Shown in pieces: positions 8,549 through 18,073 of a DNA stretch of 64,000 bases. Every line of letters begins with the position of its first letter. Position 1 is the first letter of the stretch. The position numbers were made by a program, and so were the translations under genes. Source of the DNA: Bacteroides sp. (GTDB lineage Bacteria; Bacteroidota; Bacteroidia; Bacteroidales; Bacteroidaceae); the NCBI GenBank assembly GCA_017559935.1, contig JAFYPV010000128.1, positions 10,735 to 74,734 of the forward strand. The letters are read 5' to 3'. Below the pieces are notes generated by a model, which made no database searches, had not been told where the DNA came from, and worked only from the letters and a program-made list of their open reading frames with translations.

Positions 8549-10870
8549 ATGAAAAAGCAAATCACCTCTCTCCTATTATTTATAGGCTTGGTAAGCTCTG
8601 TTGTAGCCCAGGTACAATATGTCAATCCTATCATCGGTACAGACGGAATGGGACACACTTTTCCCGGTGCTTGTGTGCCTTTCGGAATAGTTCAGTTAAG
8701 TCCGGATACCGATACTATTCCACATAATCTGAATGGCGTCTATCAAAAAAAGGTCTATGAATATTGTGCTGGATATCGTTACAATGATCCGACGATTGTA
8801 GGATTTAGCCACACTCATTTCAATGGAACGGGACATTCCGATTTGGGAGATATTTTGATTATGCCTACTACGGGCGAACTGAAGCTTAATCCTGGTACTG
8901 CTGAATATCCTGAAAATGGTTATCGTTCCCGATTCTCACACAAAACTGAGAAGTCTGTACCGGGTTACTATGAAGTCGTGCTCGACGATTATCAAGTAAA
9001 AGCACAACTCACGGCCACAACTCGTGTAGGTGTACATCGTTATACATTCCCTAAAGATGAAAAAGGACGTATCATCCTCGACTTGAATCATGGTATCTAT
9101 AATTACGACGGCAAGACACTCTGGGCGCAAATCCGGGTGGAAAACGATACTTTGCTCACCGGTTATCGCATAACCAATGGATGGGCACGTACCAATTATA
9201 CTTATTTTGCCATCTCTTTGTCTAAACCAATTCGTAACTATGGTTACAAGGATATGGCAAAGATAGATTATAAAGGTTTCTGGAGAAAATTCCCAATCAA
9301 CACCAATTTTCCCGAAATGGCAGGCCGTAAGGTAGTGTCTTATTTCGAGTTTGATAACTCCGAAAATCCGGAATTAGTGGTGAAGGTGGCTCTTTCGGCT
9401 ACCAGTACAGAAGGAGCATTGAAGAATCTGCATGCCGAAGCCATGGGAAAGGATTTTGATGTCCTTGCCAGTGTAGCATCGGATAGTTGGAACCGTCAAC
9501 TTGCATCTCTAGAAGTAGAAGGTACGGAAGACCAGAAGGCTATGTTCTATACTTCTTATTATCATACCCTCATCAATCCATCGGTGTATACGGATGTAGA
9601 TGGCAAGTATCGTGGATTGGATCAAAATATTCACCAAACAGATGGTTTTACGAATTATACCGTCTTCTCCTTATGGGATACTTATCGTGCCGAGCATCCT
9701 TTCCTGATGTTGATGAAGCCTGAACAAGCCCGTGATATGGCCCTATCAATGATTCGTCATCAGCAACAGAGCGTACATGGATTGCTTCCTATCTGGAGTC
9801 ACATGGCAAATGACAACTGGTGTATGAGTGGTTATCATGCTACTTCGGTTTTGGCAGATGCCATTGCTAAGGGAGCTGATATCGACAAGGAAGAAGCTTT
9901 GAAGGCAATGGTCACTACTTCGAAAGTGACTTATTTGGACGGTATCGGAGAATACATGGAGCGTGGCTATGTGCCTTTCGATGTCAGTTCTACAGCTGCT
10001 TCCACTACATTGGAGTATTGCTATGATGACTGGACCATCTATCAGACAGCCCTGAATGCCGGAAACAAAGCCCTTGCTCAAGAATACAAGGAACGTGCCT
10101 TGAATTACCAGCGCATCTATGATCCTGAAATAGGTTTTGCCCGCCCTCGTTACAAGGATGGAAGTTTCAAGAAGGAATTCGATGTGCTTCAGACACATGG
10201 TGAAGGCTTTATCGAAGGCAACTCATGGAATTTTTCTTTCCATGTGCCGCACGATGTCTTTGGTGTTATGGCGCAGATGGGTGGCGAGAAGGAATTTACC
10301 CGTAAACTCGACGAGTTGTTTGCCATGCATTTGCCGGAAAAATACTATGAAGCAAACGAGGACATTACCTCCGATTGTTTGATTGGTGGATATGTACATG
10401 GCAATGAACCCAGCCACCATATTCCTTATCTCTATGCGTGGACTTCCCAGCCTTGGAAGACTCAATATTGGGTGCGTGAAGTGATGAACCGTATGTATAA
10501 AAACCATATCCGCGGACTGAGCGGAAACGACGATTGCGGTCAGATGTCGGCTTGGTATCTGTTTACCGCCATGGGTTTCTACCCTGTTTGTCCGGGAACA
10601 GACCAATACGTGTTGGGTGCTCCTTACCTACCCTATCTCAAGATGTCTTTGCCGAATGGAAAAACATTCGATATCAAGGCCTCGGGTGTTAGTGACAAGA
10701 AACGCTATGTGAAGTCCGTCCGACTGAACGGTAAGCCTTATACGAAGATGTATATCACGCACAAGGATATTACCGATGGCGGTGTATTGGAATTCGTAAT
10801 GAGTGCTTCTCCTAACAAGAGTCGTGGACAGGCTAAGGCGGACAAGCCTTATTCGTTGACAGAAAAATAA
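8549..10870 (+). CDS. GH92 alpha-mannosidase
   Basis: GHTFPGA, QLSPDT, FSLWDTYR, HGNEPSHH and GNDDCGQMSAW motifs; signal peptide from ATG 8549. Confidence 0.95.
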   Translation: MKKQITSLLLFIGLVSSVVAQVQYVNPIIGTDGMGHTFPGACVPFGIVQLSPDTDTIPHNLNGVYQKKVYEYCAGYRYNDPTIVGFSHTHFNGTGHSDLGDILIMPTTGELKLNPGTAEYPENGYRSRFSHKTEKSVPGYYEVVLDDYQVKAQLTATTRVGVHRYTFPKDEKGRIILDLNHGIYNYDGKTLWAQIRVENDTLLTGYRITNGWARTNYTYFAISLSKPIRNYGYKDMAKIDYKGFWRKFPINTNFPEMAGRKVVSYFEFDNSENPELVVKVALSATSTEGALKNLHAEAMGKDFDVLASVASDSWNRQLASLEVEGTEDQKAMFYTSYYHTLINPSVYTDVDGKYRGLDQNIHQTDGFTNYTVFSLWDTYRAEHPFLMLMKPEQARDMALSMIRHQQQSVHGLLPIWSHMANDNWCMSGYHATSVLADAIAKGADIDKEEALKAMVTTSKVTYLDGIGEYMERGYVPFDVSSTAASTTLEYCYDDWTIYQTALNAGNKALAQEYKERALNYQRIYDPEIGFARPRYKDGSFKKEFDVLQTHGEGFIEGNSWNFSFHVPHDVFGVMAQMGGEKEFTRKLDELFAMHLPEKYYEANEDITSDCLIGGYVHGNEPSHHIPYLYAWTSQPWKTQYWVREVMNRMYKNHIRGLSGNDDCGQMSAWYLFTAMGFYPVCPGTDQYVLGAPYLPYLKMSLPNGKTFDIKASGVSDKKRYVKSVRLNGKPYTKMYITHKDITDGGVLEFVMSASPNKSRGQAKADKPYSLTEK

Positions 10871-10873
10871 AAG

Positions 10874-10918
10874 AAAGCGGGTTCACTTTAAATAATGAAG
10901 TGAACCCGCTTTTTTTTT
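10874..10918. terminator. Bidirectional intrinsic terminator
   Basis: AAAGCGGGTTCACTT / AAGTGAACCCGCTTT plus T-run between convergent genes. Confidence 0.9.
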
Positions 10919-11801
10919 ATTTCATCGTTCTTACTTTATAGATATTCAACGAATCAATGGTAACAGTCTTCTCAGGATTGGATTGATAAATATTATGAGT
11001 CCACCAACTGATTTCAGCCTTTGTATAAATAAGTCTGGAAGTCTTGGCATCATAATTGACTGACTTCACATTTTCTACATCCTTAAGAGGTTCAAATGGA
11101 GTGAATTCCTCCTTGTTGATATCGAACCACATCACCCCTTCATGCGCAGAAACCAGCATTCGGTCATTGTCTACTGGAGAGAGGTCGTGTCCAGAAGTCA
11201 TTGGGATTTCCCAAGTTGCCACTTTTCTAAGAGATGGATTTTCAGTGTTCCAGTCATTTAACTTGTATTCTCTTAATTCCTTATATCCCAAGGCATAAAG
11301 GCTCTGACGCTTTTCGTTCCACACCACACCATGTCCTGAATAAAGAGAATCACGGAAAACCACTTTTTCGGGTGCATCAATGTCATAAATTTCCAGCGCA
11401 TTTCCTGTCTTATGAGTGGAAAGAGCCACTGCTATACGGTTTCCAGGGAGTAAATCTGCGGAGTGCGCCATAGGCACATGAGCATAGCACAGAATTTCCT
11501 TCGTTTGTATATCAATCAGCAACATACCATCGCCGGATGCGGTGAGAAGCATCTTGGTATTGTTATCTACAAACTTACATTCGTCTAAGTGCCTCATATA
11601 TTTGTCATAGCCTTCCGGAAGTTTGGTTTGCGGATCGTCCTTGCTCCATTTCCATACCTCTTTGAGGTTGGTTCCATTTGATTCCGATAAATCGATGATT
11701 CTTACTTCACCATCTCCACAAACGGCCACATAGTCCTTGTTTACCGGTGAGCACCCAGTGTACAATATTGTTACGATGATAAGGAATAAAAAGTTTTTCA
11801 T
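10917..11801 (-). CDS. Lipoprotein with probable beta-propeller fold (DUF6528-like)
   Basis: Lipobox YTGC and repeated AHS/GHG/GHD blade motifs. Family is from recall. Confidence 0.65.
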   Translation of the reverse strand: MKNFLFLIIVTILYTGCSPVNKDYVAVCGDGEVRIIDLSESNGTNLKEVWKWSKDDPQTKLPEGYDKYMRHLDECKFVDNNTKMLLTASGDGMLLIDIQTKEILCYAHVPMAHSADLLPGNRIAVALSTHKTGNALEIYDIDAPEKVVFRDSLYSGHGVVWNEKRQSLYALGYKELREYKLNDWNTENPSLRKVATWEIPMTSGHDLSPVDNDRMLVSAHEGVMWFDINKEEFTPFEPLKDVENVKSVNYDAKTSRLIYTKAEISWWTHNIYQSNPEKTVTIDSLNIYKVRTMK

Positions 11802-11865
11802 AAGGTTTTAAGTGTTATTGATAATAAATTAGGTTAGCACTTTGTTTATACAGAAACAGAATTAT

Positions 11866-14193
11866 TTACATTCTACTCTTCTGACTTTCGCCGGCACCAG
11901 TACCTTTGTACTTGCTCTTTGTGGCATTAAATTTATAACGAAGAATTAAGTCGAATTGTCGATGGTACACTTGTGTGTTCTGCATGGTTCTCATGCTACT
12001 ATATATAGTTACCTCTTGTTTCTGTTCTAAGAGATTGTTTCCATTTAGTTGCAAGGAGAGTCTGTCTTTTAAGAAACTTTTATAAAGCGATACACTTATC
12101 GTAAGCATGTCTTTTGACACATAGATATTTTCATCATATCCCTTGCTCATCCAAGTACCATTGATTCCCAACAAGAAACCTTTCGGTAAAGTTAAATTGT
12201 TTCTGAACGTAACAGTACCTATCGGTTTATTGAACTTCATCTTACCTTGAGGACCTTCGCCTTCATACCATTGTTTTTGAATAGCCAATCCCAATTGAGG
12301 CATCCAAATACCGATAGTCGGGTTAAAGTTCAGAGCAGCTACCAATTTATCGTATGCCGGACTATTACGCAAGGTAAGCAATGCAATGGTAGGATCGTCC
12401 TCCGAATAAGCTATGGTTTGATTGGTTATATCGTCCATAATGTGCGAATATCCCACATACAGATTCATCCATTTATATGAAGCTCCCAAAGTTACATTGT
12501 GCGTAATGGAAGGCATCAAGAACGGATTTCCTTTATCATACATATATCTATTGACATAAAGGACATTACTTCTAAGTTCATGATAAGTAGGACGCTGGAT
12601 ATCGCTGGCATATCCCAATTGCACCTGTACATTCTTCAACGGGAAGCTAAAATTGATGGATGGAAAAACATGGTTGTAATTCTTACTTTGCTCGGCCATA
12701 TATTCACCGGCATCGTAATAATCGAAGCCTACCTTTTCGTAACGAAGCCCTGCCTGCATCTGCACTTTATTGAAAGCTTTGGCATATTCCACAAAGGCTG
12801 ATGTAGCTCCTTCTTTAATCATAGCCTCATCGTTTGCAATGATTTCCTCTTCGTTGAAGTAAGTAGTATTTCGTTTGTTGTGCGAATACTCACCACCAAA
12901 CGAAAGTTTGCCTTTGGCTATCGGATGCGAAACAACCAGCTTGGCCGCATAGAGTTCGTTCTTCTTGGAATCAAAAATGGTTACACTCCGATTCTCAGTC
13001 TCGTTTAATCCGCCTAAAATTTCTTCTTCATTGGTTTGGGTATTTTCAGCATCACTCCAATAACCATCTGCATTAAAATCAATGCTCCAATTCTTCACCT
13101 TACCACTATAATAAAAATTTCCTTGACGAAAACCTTCCGGTCCTTCCGTCAAAATGTCACTATAAAGGTCTTCATACAACTGATTACCGCAATACGTTCG
13201 GGCAAACTGATTAAGTGTCCAATGACTTTCGGGTGTTCTCTCCCAATTATAACGAACTCCCATAGAATGATTTTCATTAAATTGATAGTTCATAGAAAGC
13301 ATTGCTTGCAATTTTTTTCCTTTACCTTTTTGATCGCTAAGGTCTAAGTATTGTCGCCATTGCTTATCCAAATAAGTGTCGATGACAAAAGTCTGGTCGT
13401 TACCACTTTTTAAATTACCCCTATAAAGCATACCAGACAAGTCGAACCTATTCTTTCGGTAATTAAAGTTGAATTGGTCGTAAACCGTCCATCCGTAACC
13501 CCGTTGGTTTCTTACTACCGCCCTATTGTCTATACCGAAACCTTCGCCAGCCACTTTATTGGTAATGATACGGATTACAGCCTTTACCGAAGCATCGTAA
13601 CGGACACCCGGATTGGAAACCACTTCTACGGATTTGATATTATCGGACGATAATTGGTCCAGCTCCTGTTGGTTTCTTACCTTTCGTCCGTTGATATAAA
13701 TTTCAGGTGTACCACGGCCAAAGACATTGATTTCCCCATTTTGAGCAGTTACATTCGGTATTTTGTCCAAAAGTTGTTCGGCCGTACCTGCTTTTTCAAG
13801 TATGGTTCCGTTTACGGTTGTTACCATGGCATCGCCCTTTGCCTGTGTCTTGGGTAAATAGCTTTTCACTACTACCTCTCCCAATAATTGAGCATTAGGG
13901 AGCAATTGGATAACTCCTAAATTTTGGGAAGAAATTTCTTTTACGATGGTGGTATAACCTACAAAGGAGATGTTTACAAGCTTTGCATTTTCGGGTTTGG
14001 CTACTGCGAACTTACCATCCATATCAGTGGTTGTACCGGCCAAATATACAGAGTCGGCCGTTTGCAGAATGATATTGGCATAAGCCAATGGAGTGTTCTT
14101 CTCGTCGATAACTTTTCCAGTCAGGTTTTGTGCTTGGGCAGATGCTATCAATGCTATCATTCCCATTAGAAATAAGTAGATTCTTTTCATCAT
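11866..14193 (-). CDS. TonB-dependent-type outer-membrane beta-barrel protein with N-terminal carboxypeptidase-regulatory-like domain
   Basis: Signal peptide, GKVIDE...YANI...ISFVGY, plug (IYINGR, IKSVEV) and C-terminal YKFNATKSKYKGTGAG. Confidence 0.85.
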   Translation of the reverse strand: MMKRIYLFLMGMIALIASAQAQNLTGKVIDEKNTPLAYANIILQTADSVYLAGTTTDMDGKFAVAKPENAKLVNISFVGYTTIVKEISSQNLGVIQLLPNAQLLGEVVVKSYLPKTQAKGDAMVTTVNGTILEKAGTAEQLLDKIPNVTAQNGEINVFGRGTPEIYINGRKVRNQQELDQLSSDNIKSVEVVSNPGVRYDASVKAVIRIITNKVAGEGFGIDNRAVVRNQRGYGWTVYDQFNFNYRKNRFDLSGMLYRGNLKSGNDQTFVIDTYLDKQWRQYLDLSDQKGKGKKLQAMLSMNYQFNENHSMGVRYNWERTPESHWTLNQFARTYCGNQLYEDLYSDILTEGPEGFRQGNFYYSGKVKNWSIDFNADGYWSDAENTQTNEEEILGGLNETENRSVTIFDSKKNELYAAKLVVSHPIAKGKLSFGGEYSHNKRNTTYFNEEEIIANDEAMIKEGATSAFVEYAKAFNKVQMQAGLRYEKVGFDYYDAGEYMAEQSKNYNHVFPSINFSFPLKNVQVQLGYASDIQRPTYHELRSNVLYVNRYMYDKGNPFLMPSITHNVTLGASYKWMNLYVGYSHIMDDITNQTIAYSEDDPTIALLTLRNSPAYDKLVAALNFNPTIGIWMPQLGLAIQKQWYEGEGPQGKMKFNKPIGTVTFRNNLTLPKGFLLGINGTWMSKGYDENIYVSKDMLTISVSLYKSFLKDRLSLQLNGNNLLEQKQEVTIYSSMRTMQNTQVYHRQFDLILRYKFNATKSKYKGTGAGESQKSRM

Positions 14194-14332
14194 TTTAAAT
14201 TGAATTTGTGTTTGTTTACTTAATTGCTACACTTATATCAATACAAATATAGGGAATATTTGGCGATAAATTGTGTTTTTTTTGCAAAGGTATTTCTAAT
14301 AAGTCCTGATAACCAATAATCTTTGCAGAACT

Positions 14333-14376
14333 AAAAACGCTTCGACATTTCATACCAAACATCGAAGCGTTTTTTT
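14333..14376. terminator. Hairpin terminator downstream of the M16 peptidase gene
   Basis: 13-bp stem AAAAACGCTTCGA / TCGAAGCGTTTTT with a 16-nt loop. Confidence 0.7.
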
Positions 14377-14399
14377 AAAAGATGGCCGTCTTTTTATTT
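14343..14399 (+). repeat. Direct repeat copy 1 (57 bp) flanking the M16 gene
   Basis: CGACATTTCATACCAAACATCGAAGCGTTTTTTTAAAAGATGGCCGTCTTTTTATTT; matches 17445-17500 except one substitution and a 1-nt indel. Confidence 0.92.
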
Positions 14400-14434
14400 A
14401 TCCTTATAATAGAAGAATATGGGCGAAATTCACA

Positions 14435-17344
14435 TCAATATCCGAATATATCTTCTGGAGTAAGTCGGATAATCTTACCCCACTTTGCCAATGACTTCAT
14501 GTCAAGGTCACTTTCACGACCCAAGATACAGGTAATATACTTGCGGTTCTTTACATTGGCCTGCTGGTATGCAATTACATCTTCGAGAGTCATGGTTTGT
14601 ACAGCCTCGTAAAGCTGCTTGCGAGTGTCTTCTGTCAAATTCAAATCTTCTAAGGCAAGATAATAATTCAAAATATCGACACGGGTAAAACGTTCCGTAC
14701 GCAAACGGCCGATAAGCGCTTCCTTAGCAATGCTGAAAGCTTGTTCACTGACAGGCATGTTGTTGATGATTTCATCAAAAGCAGTAAGCGCATCAATCAT
14801 TTTGTCGTTTTGTGTAGCAATGTATGTAAAGTAATATCCCGGATCTTCTATGCGTCTTGGTTCTATCATTCCAGCTGACGCACTGTACGCCAAACCGCGT
14901 GCTTCACGCATCTCCTGGAACACAATGCTATTCATACCACCACCAAAATACTCATTGTAAAGTGTCATGATCGGTGATTTGTTTACATCAAACATTTCTC
15001 CCTGATTAGACACTGCTGACATATAGATTTGGTTTGCATCGTACGGAGCAATGTAAACAATGTTTTCATCGGCACGTTGATACTTGAATGTTTCATTTTT
15101 AGGCATATGCTTCAAAGTTGCAGGTACTTTGTGCAATTCGCCAACAGTAGCAGTCACTTCTTCCATTTCCATCGGACCATAGTAAAGGACACGATGCTCG
15201 TAAGTCGGTAACTGGCTGATGGTTTGAATAAGATTTTCTGGCTTCATGCGCTTGAGTTCGCTTTCACTCAGAATATTTTTAGCCGGAGAGTTGGCACCAT
15301 AAAGACCATACTGACGCAAGTTACTAAAGTTTGCGCCCTGATTGGCCTTACGATTGATACGCGACTTCAATATATCTTCCACAAGGTTGGTATAGGCAGC
15401 TTGATTTGGTTGTGCATCGGCAATCAATTTTTCGAACAAAGCAATAGCCTTATTCATGTTTTCAGACAACCCGCTAATCATAATGTTTACCTCTTGATTA
15501 GTTACATTCAGCGAGAAATTACATGCTAGGTTGTAGAAAGCTTGCTTTATTTCAACAGCGCTCATGTCCGAAGTTCCCAGGTAATCAAGATAATCTGCAG
15601 CCGTACTTAATTCCTTCATTTCATTGGTTCCGAAATCAAAGGTGTACAACAAATAGAAAATGTCATTCATCTCATTCTTCTTGTAAAGAAGCGGCAATTG
15701 ACCGATTGTACCCTTGTTCATTTCCTTATTGAAGTCTACAAATACTGGTTCGATTGGAGCGACTGCAGATGCCTGCAATTCGCGAAGGAACAAGCTGGTT
15801 GTGTCGCGGTTGGCGAAGATAGGTGTAATGGCCGGCTTAGCAATCTTCATGACATTCGGGTCTTGCCCTTGACGCTTATATACAATCGCATAATTGTTGT
15901 CCTTCAAGTATTCATTGGCAAATGCCACCACATCAGCTTTGGTTATCTTTTCCATACGTTCCACACGATTTACCATATCGGCCCAATCTATGCCGTTAAC
16001 AAATGATTGCACGAAAAGGTCGGCGCGTGAGGAATTCTCTTCAAGCATTTGCTGTACCTGCAATTTATAATTAGCGATACCTGCAGCCAGGAGCGATTCT
16101 TCCCATTCCCCCTTACGCAAAAGTTCCATCTGTGAAAGCAACAAATCCTTCACTTCGTCAAGTGTCTGTCCTTGCTTCGGTGTGCCTTGCATGAAATAGG
16201 CAGTGTAATCAGCTTGATCATATGGAAATGCATAAGCTGAAAGTAACTTCTGTTCCTGCAAAAGGTTCAAGTCGATAAGCCCAGCCTTTCCATTATTGAT
16301 GATTGCATCAATAACATACAACATCAACGCCTCGTCCGAAGCTGCGCCCGGGAATCGCCATGCCAATGCTACGTTTTCAGCTTCCAAACCCCATACTTCT
16401 TTCTTTATCGGGGCAGTAATAGGTGCTTCAGGTTCAAAGCTTAACATCTGCAATTCCTTATTGGGTTGCATGTCGCCAAAATACTTTTCAATGACATCCA
16501 TCACTTCATCGTAGTCGAAATCACCCGACATACAGATAGCCATATTGTTAGGCACATACCATTTCTTATAGTAATTCTTGATATTGGTAATGGATGGATT
16601 CTTCAAATGCTCTTGAGTACCCAACACGGTCTGTGTGCCATACGGGTGATTGTTGAAAAGTGCAGAGAAGATGGCTTCATTGAGTTTACGGCTATCGCGT
16701 GTCAGACTCATATTCTTCTCTTCGTACACTGTTTCCAATTCTGTATGGAAGCCACGGATTACATTGTGCTTGAAACGGTCTGCCTGAATCTTTGCCCAAT
16801 TATCCAACTGGTTAGATGGAATATCCTCTACGTAGCATGTCACGTCAAAGCTGGTGTAAGCATTGGTACCGTTTGCACCGATAGCAGCCATCAGCTTATC
16901 GTATTCGTTAGGGATGCTTAGCTTAGAAGCTTCGTACGACAAGCTGTCTATCTGACGATAAATGACAGCACGTTCAGCCTCATCAGTCTTGGTTCTATAC
17001 ACTTCAAAGAGTGCTTCAATTTGGTCGAGGTAAGGCTTTTCCTCGGCATAATTCTGAGTGCCGAAACTTTCCGTACCCTTAAACATCAAGTGTTCAAAAT
17101 AGTGTGCCAATCCGGTTGTTTCAGCCGGGTCATTTTTACCACCTACTTTAACTGGGATGTACGTTTGGATTCTAGGACTTTCCTTGTTTACTGTGAGATA
17201 CACCTTCAAGCCGTTTTCCAAAGTATAGATACGGCTCTGCATAGGGTCACCGTCCACTGTTTCATAAGCACGTTGTTTTGCACAAGAAGTGGCTATGAGA
17301 GCAAGTGCTATAAAGGATAAAAGCGAAATTGCAAACTTTTTCAT
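14435..17344 (-). CDS. M16 (insulinase-family) zinc peptidase, lipoprotein
   Basis: Inverted zinc motif HYFEH, NAYTS, and C-terminal FQEMREARGLAY; lipobox ATSC. Confidence 0.93.
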   Translation of the reverse strand: MKKFAISLLSFIALALIATSCAKQRAYETVDGDPMQSRIYTLENGLKVYLTVNKESPRIQTYIPVKVGGKNDPAETTGLAHYFEHLMFKGTESFGTQNYAEEKPYLDQIEALFEVYRTKTDEAERAVIYRQIDSLSYEASKLSIPNEYDKLMAAIGANGTNAYTSFDVTCYVEDIPSNQLDNWAKIQADRFKHNVIRGFHTELETVYEEKNMSLTRDSRKLNEAIFSALFNNHPYGTQTVLGTQEHLKNPSITNIKNYYKKWYVPNNMAICMSGDFDYDEVMDVIEKYFGDMQPNKELQMLSFEPEAPITAPIKKEVWGLEAENVALAWRFPGAASDEALMLYVIDAIINNGKAGLIDLNLLQEQKLLSAYAFPYDQADYTAYFMQGTPKQGQTLDEVKDLLLSQMELLRKGEWEESLLAAGIANYKLQVQQMLEENSSRADLFVQSFVNGIDWADMVNRVERMEKITKADVVAFANEYLKDNNYAIVYKRQGQDPNVMKIAKPAITPIFANRDTTSLFLRELQASAVAPIEPVFVDFNKEMNKGTIGQLPLLYKKNEMNDIFYLLYTFDFGTNEMKELSTAADYLDYLGTSDMSAVEIKQAFYNLACNFSLNVTNQEVNIMISGLSENMNKAIALFEKLIADAQPNQAAYTNLVEDILKSRINRKANQGANFSNLRQYGLYGANSPAKNILSESELKRMKPENLIQTISQLPTYEHRVLYYGPMEMEEVTATVGELHKVPATLKHMPKNETFKYQRADENIVYIAPYDANQIYMSAVSNQGEMFDVNKSPIMTLYNEYFGGGMNSIVFQEMREARGLAYSASAGMIEPRRIEDPGYYFTYIATQNDKMIDALTAFDEIINNMPVSEQAFSIAKEALIGRLRTERFTRVDILNYYLALEDLNLTEDTRKQLYEAVQTMTLEDVIAYQQANVKNRKYITCILGRESDLDMKSLAKWGKIIRLTPEDIFGY

Positions 17345-17444
17345 GATCTGTTTTCTATAAAGTTAATATTCAATCAAAATTTTGCGATAAAATTAGTGTT
17401 TTTTCTTGACAACTAATATCTTGACCATTATCTTTTTTATTAAA

Positions 17445-17500
17445 CGACGTTTCATACCAAACATCGAAGCGTTTTTTTAAAGATGGCCGTCTTTTTATTT
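17445..17500 (+). repeat. Direct repeat copy 2 (56 bp) flanking the M16 gene
   Basis: CGACGTTTCATACCAAACATCGAAGCGTTTTTTTAAAGATGGCCGTCTTTTTATTT. Confidence 0.92.
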
Positions 17501-17522
17501 TTCTATTTAAATATGAAAATAG

Positions 17523-17612
17523 CCTTCACAAGTTTCAATAATCCTTAACTTGTTGAAAATCAAATTTAAAAAGTGAATCTAGGCTGCTTTCACAAAGATT
17601 CACAGGTTTCAC
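17523..17612 (+). repeat. Left 90-bp inverted repeat, TTCAC-rich
   Basis: CCTTCACAAGT, AT-rich spacer, then GTGAATCTAGGCTGCTTTCACAAAGATTCACAGGTTTCAC. Confidence 0.85.
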
Positions 17613-17667
17613 ATACACTTTTGAGTGTGAAACTTGTGAATCATTGTGAATATATGAGGATTCACTT
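17571..17667. repeat. ~97-bp imperfect palindrome of TTCACA/TGTGAA motifs
   Basis: 17589-17613 pairs with 17626-17650 (23/25); 17571-17579 pairs with 17659-17667 (9/9). Confidence 0.85.
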
Positions 17668-17992
17668 GGATGAACTGTGAATCAATCACTTAGATGTTGA
17701 TGAAACATGTGAAAGCAGTTTTTTCTTTAATTTTGTGTATCATAAACTTATGAACTCTGTGAGATTATAATATACAAGTAGATATTTTCTTTGTTTGTTA
17801 TAAATTTAAATAAAAAAATAGAGATTTACTATTAAGTCATTGAAGAGATTTAGCTGATTTGTTGGAATTTTTTGACTCATATATGGTTAATGAATGAAAG
17901 CGAAAAATAATCTCCGAAAAACTTGACAACCGCTATTGCAATGTAGTATCTTCGTCGGCGTAAATACATTTACACACTTTTATTCATATTTG

Positions 17993-18045
17993 CGGACATC
18001 TACGGACATTAACGGACATTGCGCTTTTATGGCGTATTATATTTG
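17993..18045 (+). promoter_or_regulatory. Three CGGACAT direct repeats at 10-bp period followed by a -7 box (TATATTTG, 18038-18045)
   Basis: CGGACAT at 17993, 18003 and 18013; ATG at 18074. Confidence 0.65.
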
Positions 18046-18073
18046 CAACCATAAACTAAAAAGCAAACCTTTT

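Noticed and set aside
14429-14434. TTCACA next to the M16 stop codon as another iteron
   Set aside because: A single hexamer is expected by chance in AT-rich DNA.
17520-17720. TGTGAA/TTCACA cluster as a CRISPR array or CRP sites
   Set aside because: There are no constant-length repeats with unique spacers and no cas genes. Motif spacing does not give TGTGA-N6-TCACA.
17936-18073. N-terminal extension of the VapE ORF from TTG 17936
   Set aside because: It overlaps the -7 box and the CGGACAT repeats; ATG 18074 is the more plausible start.
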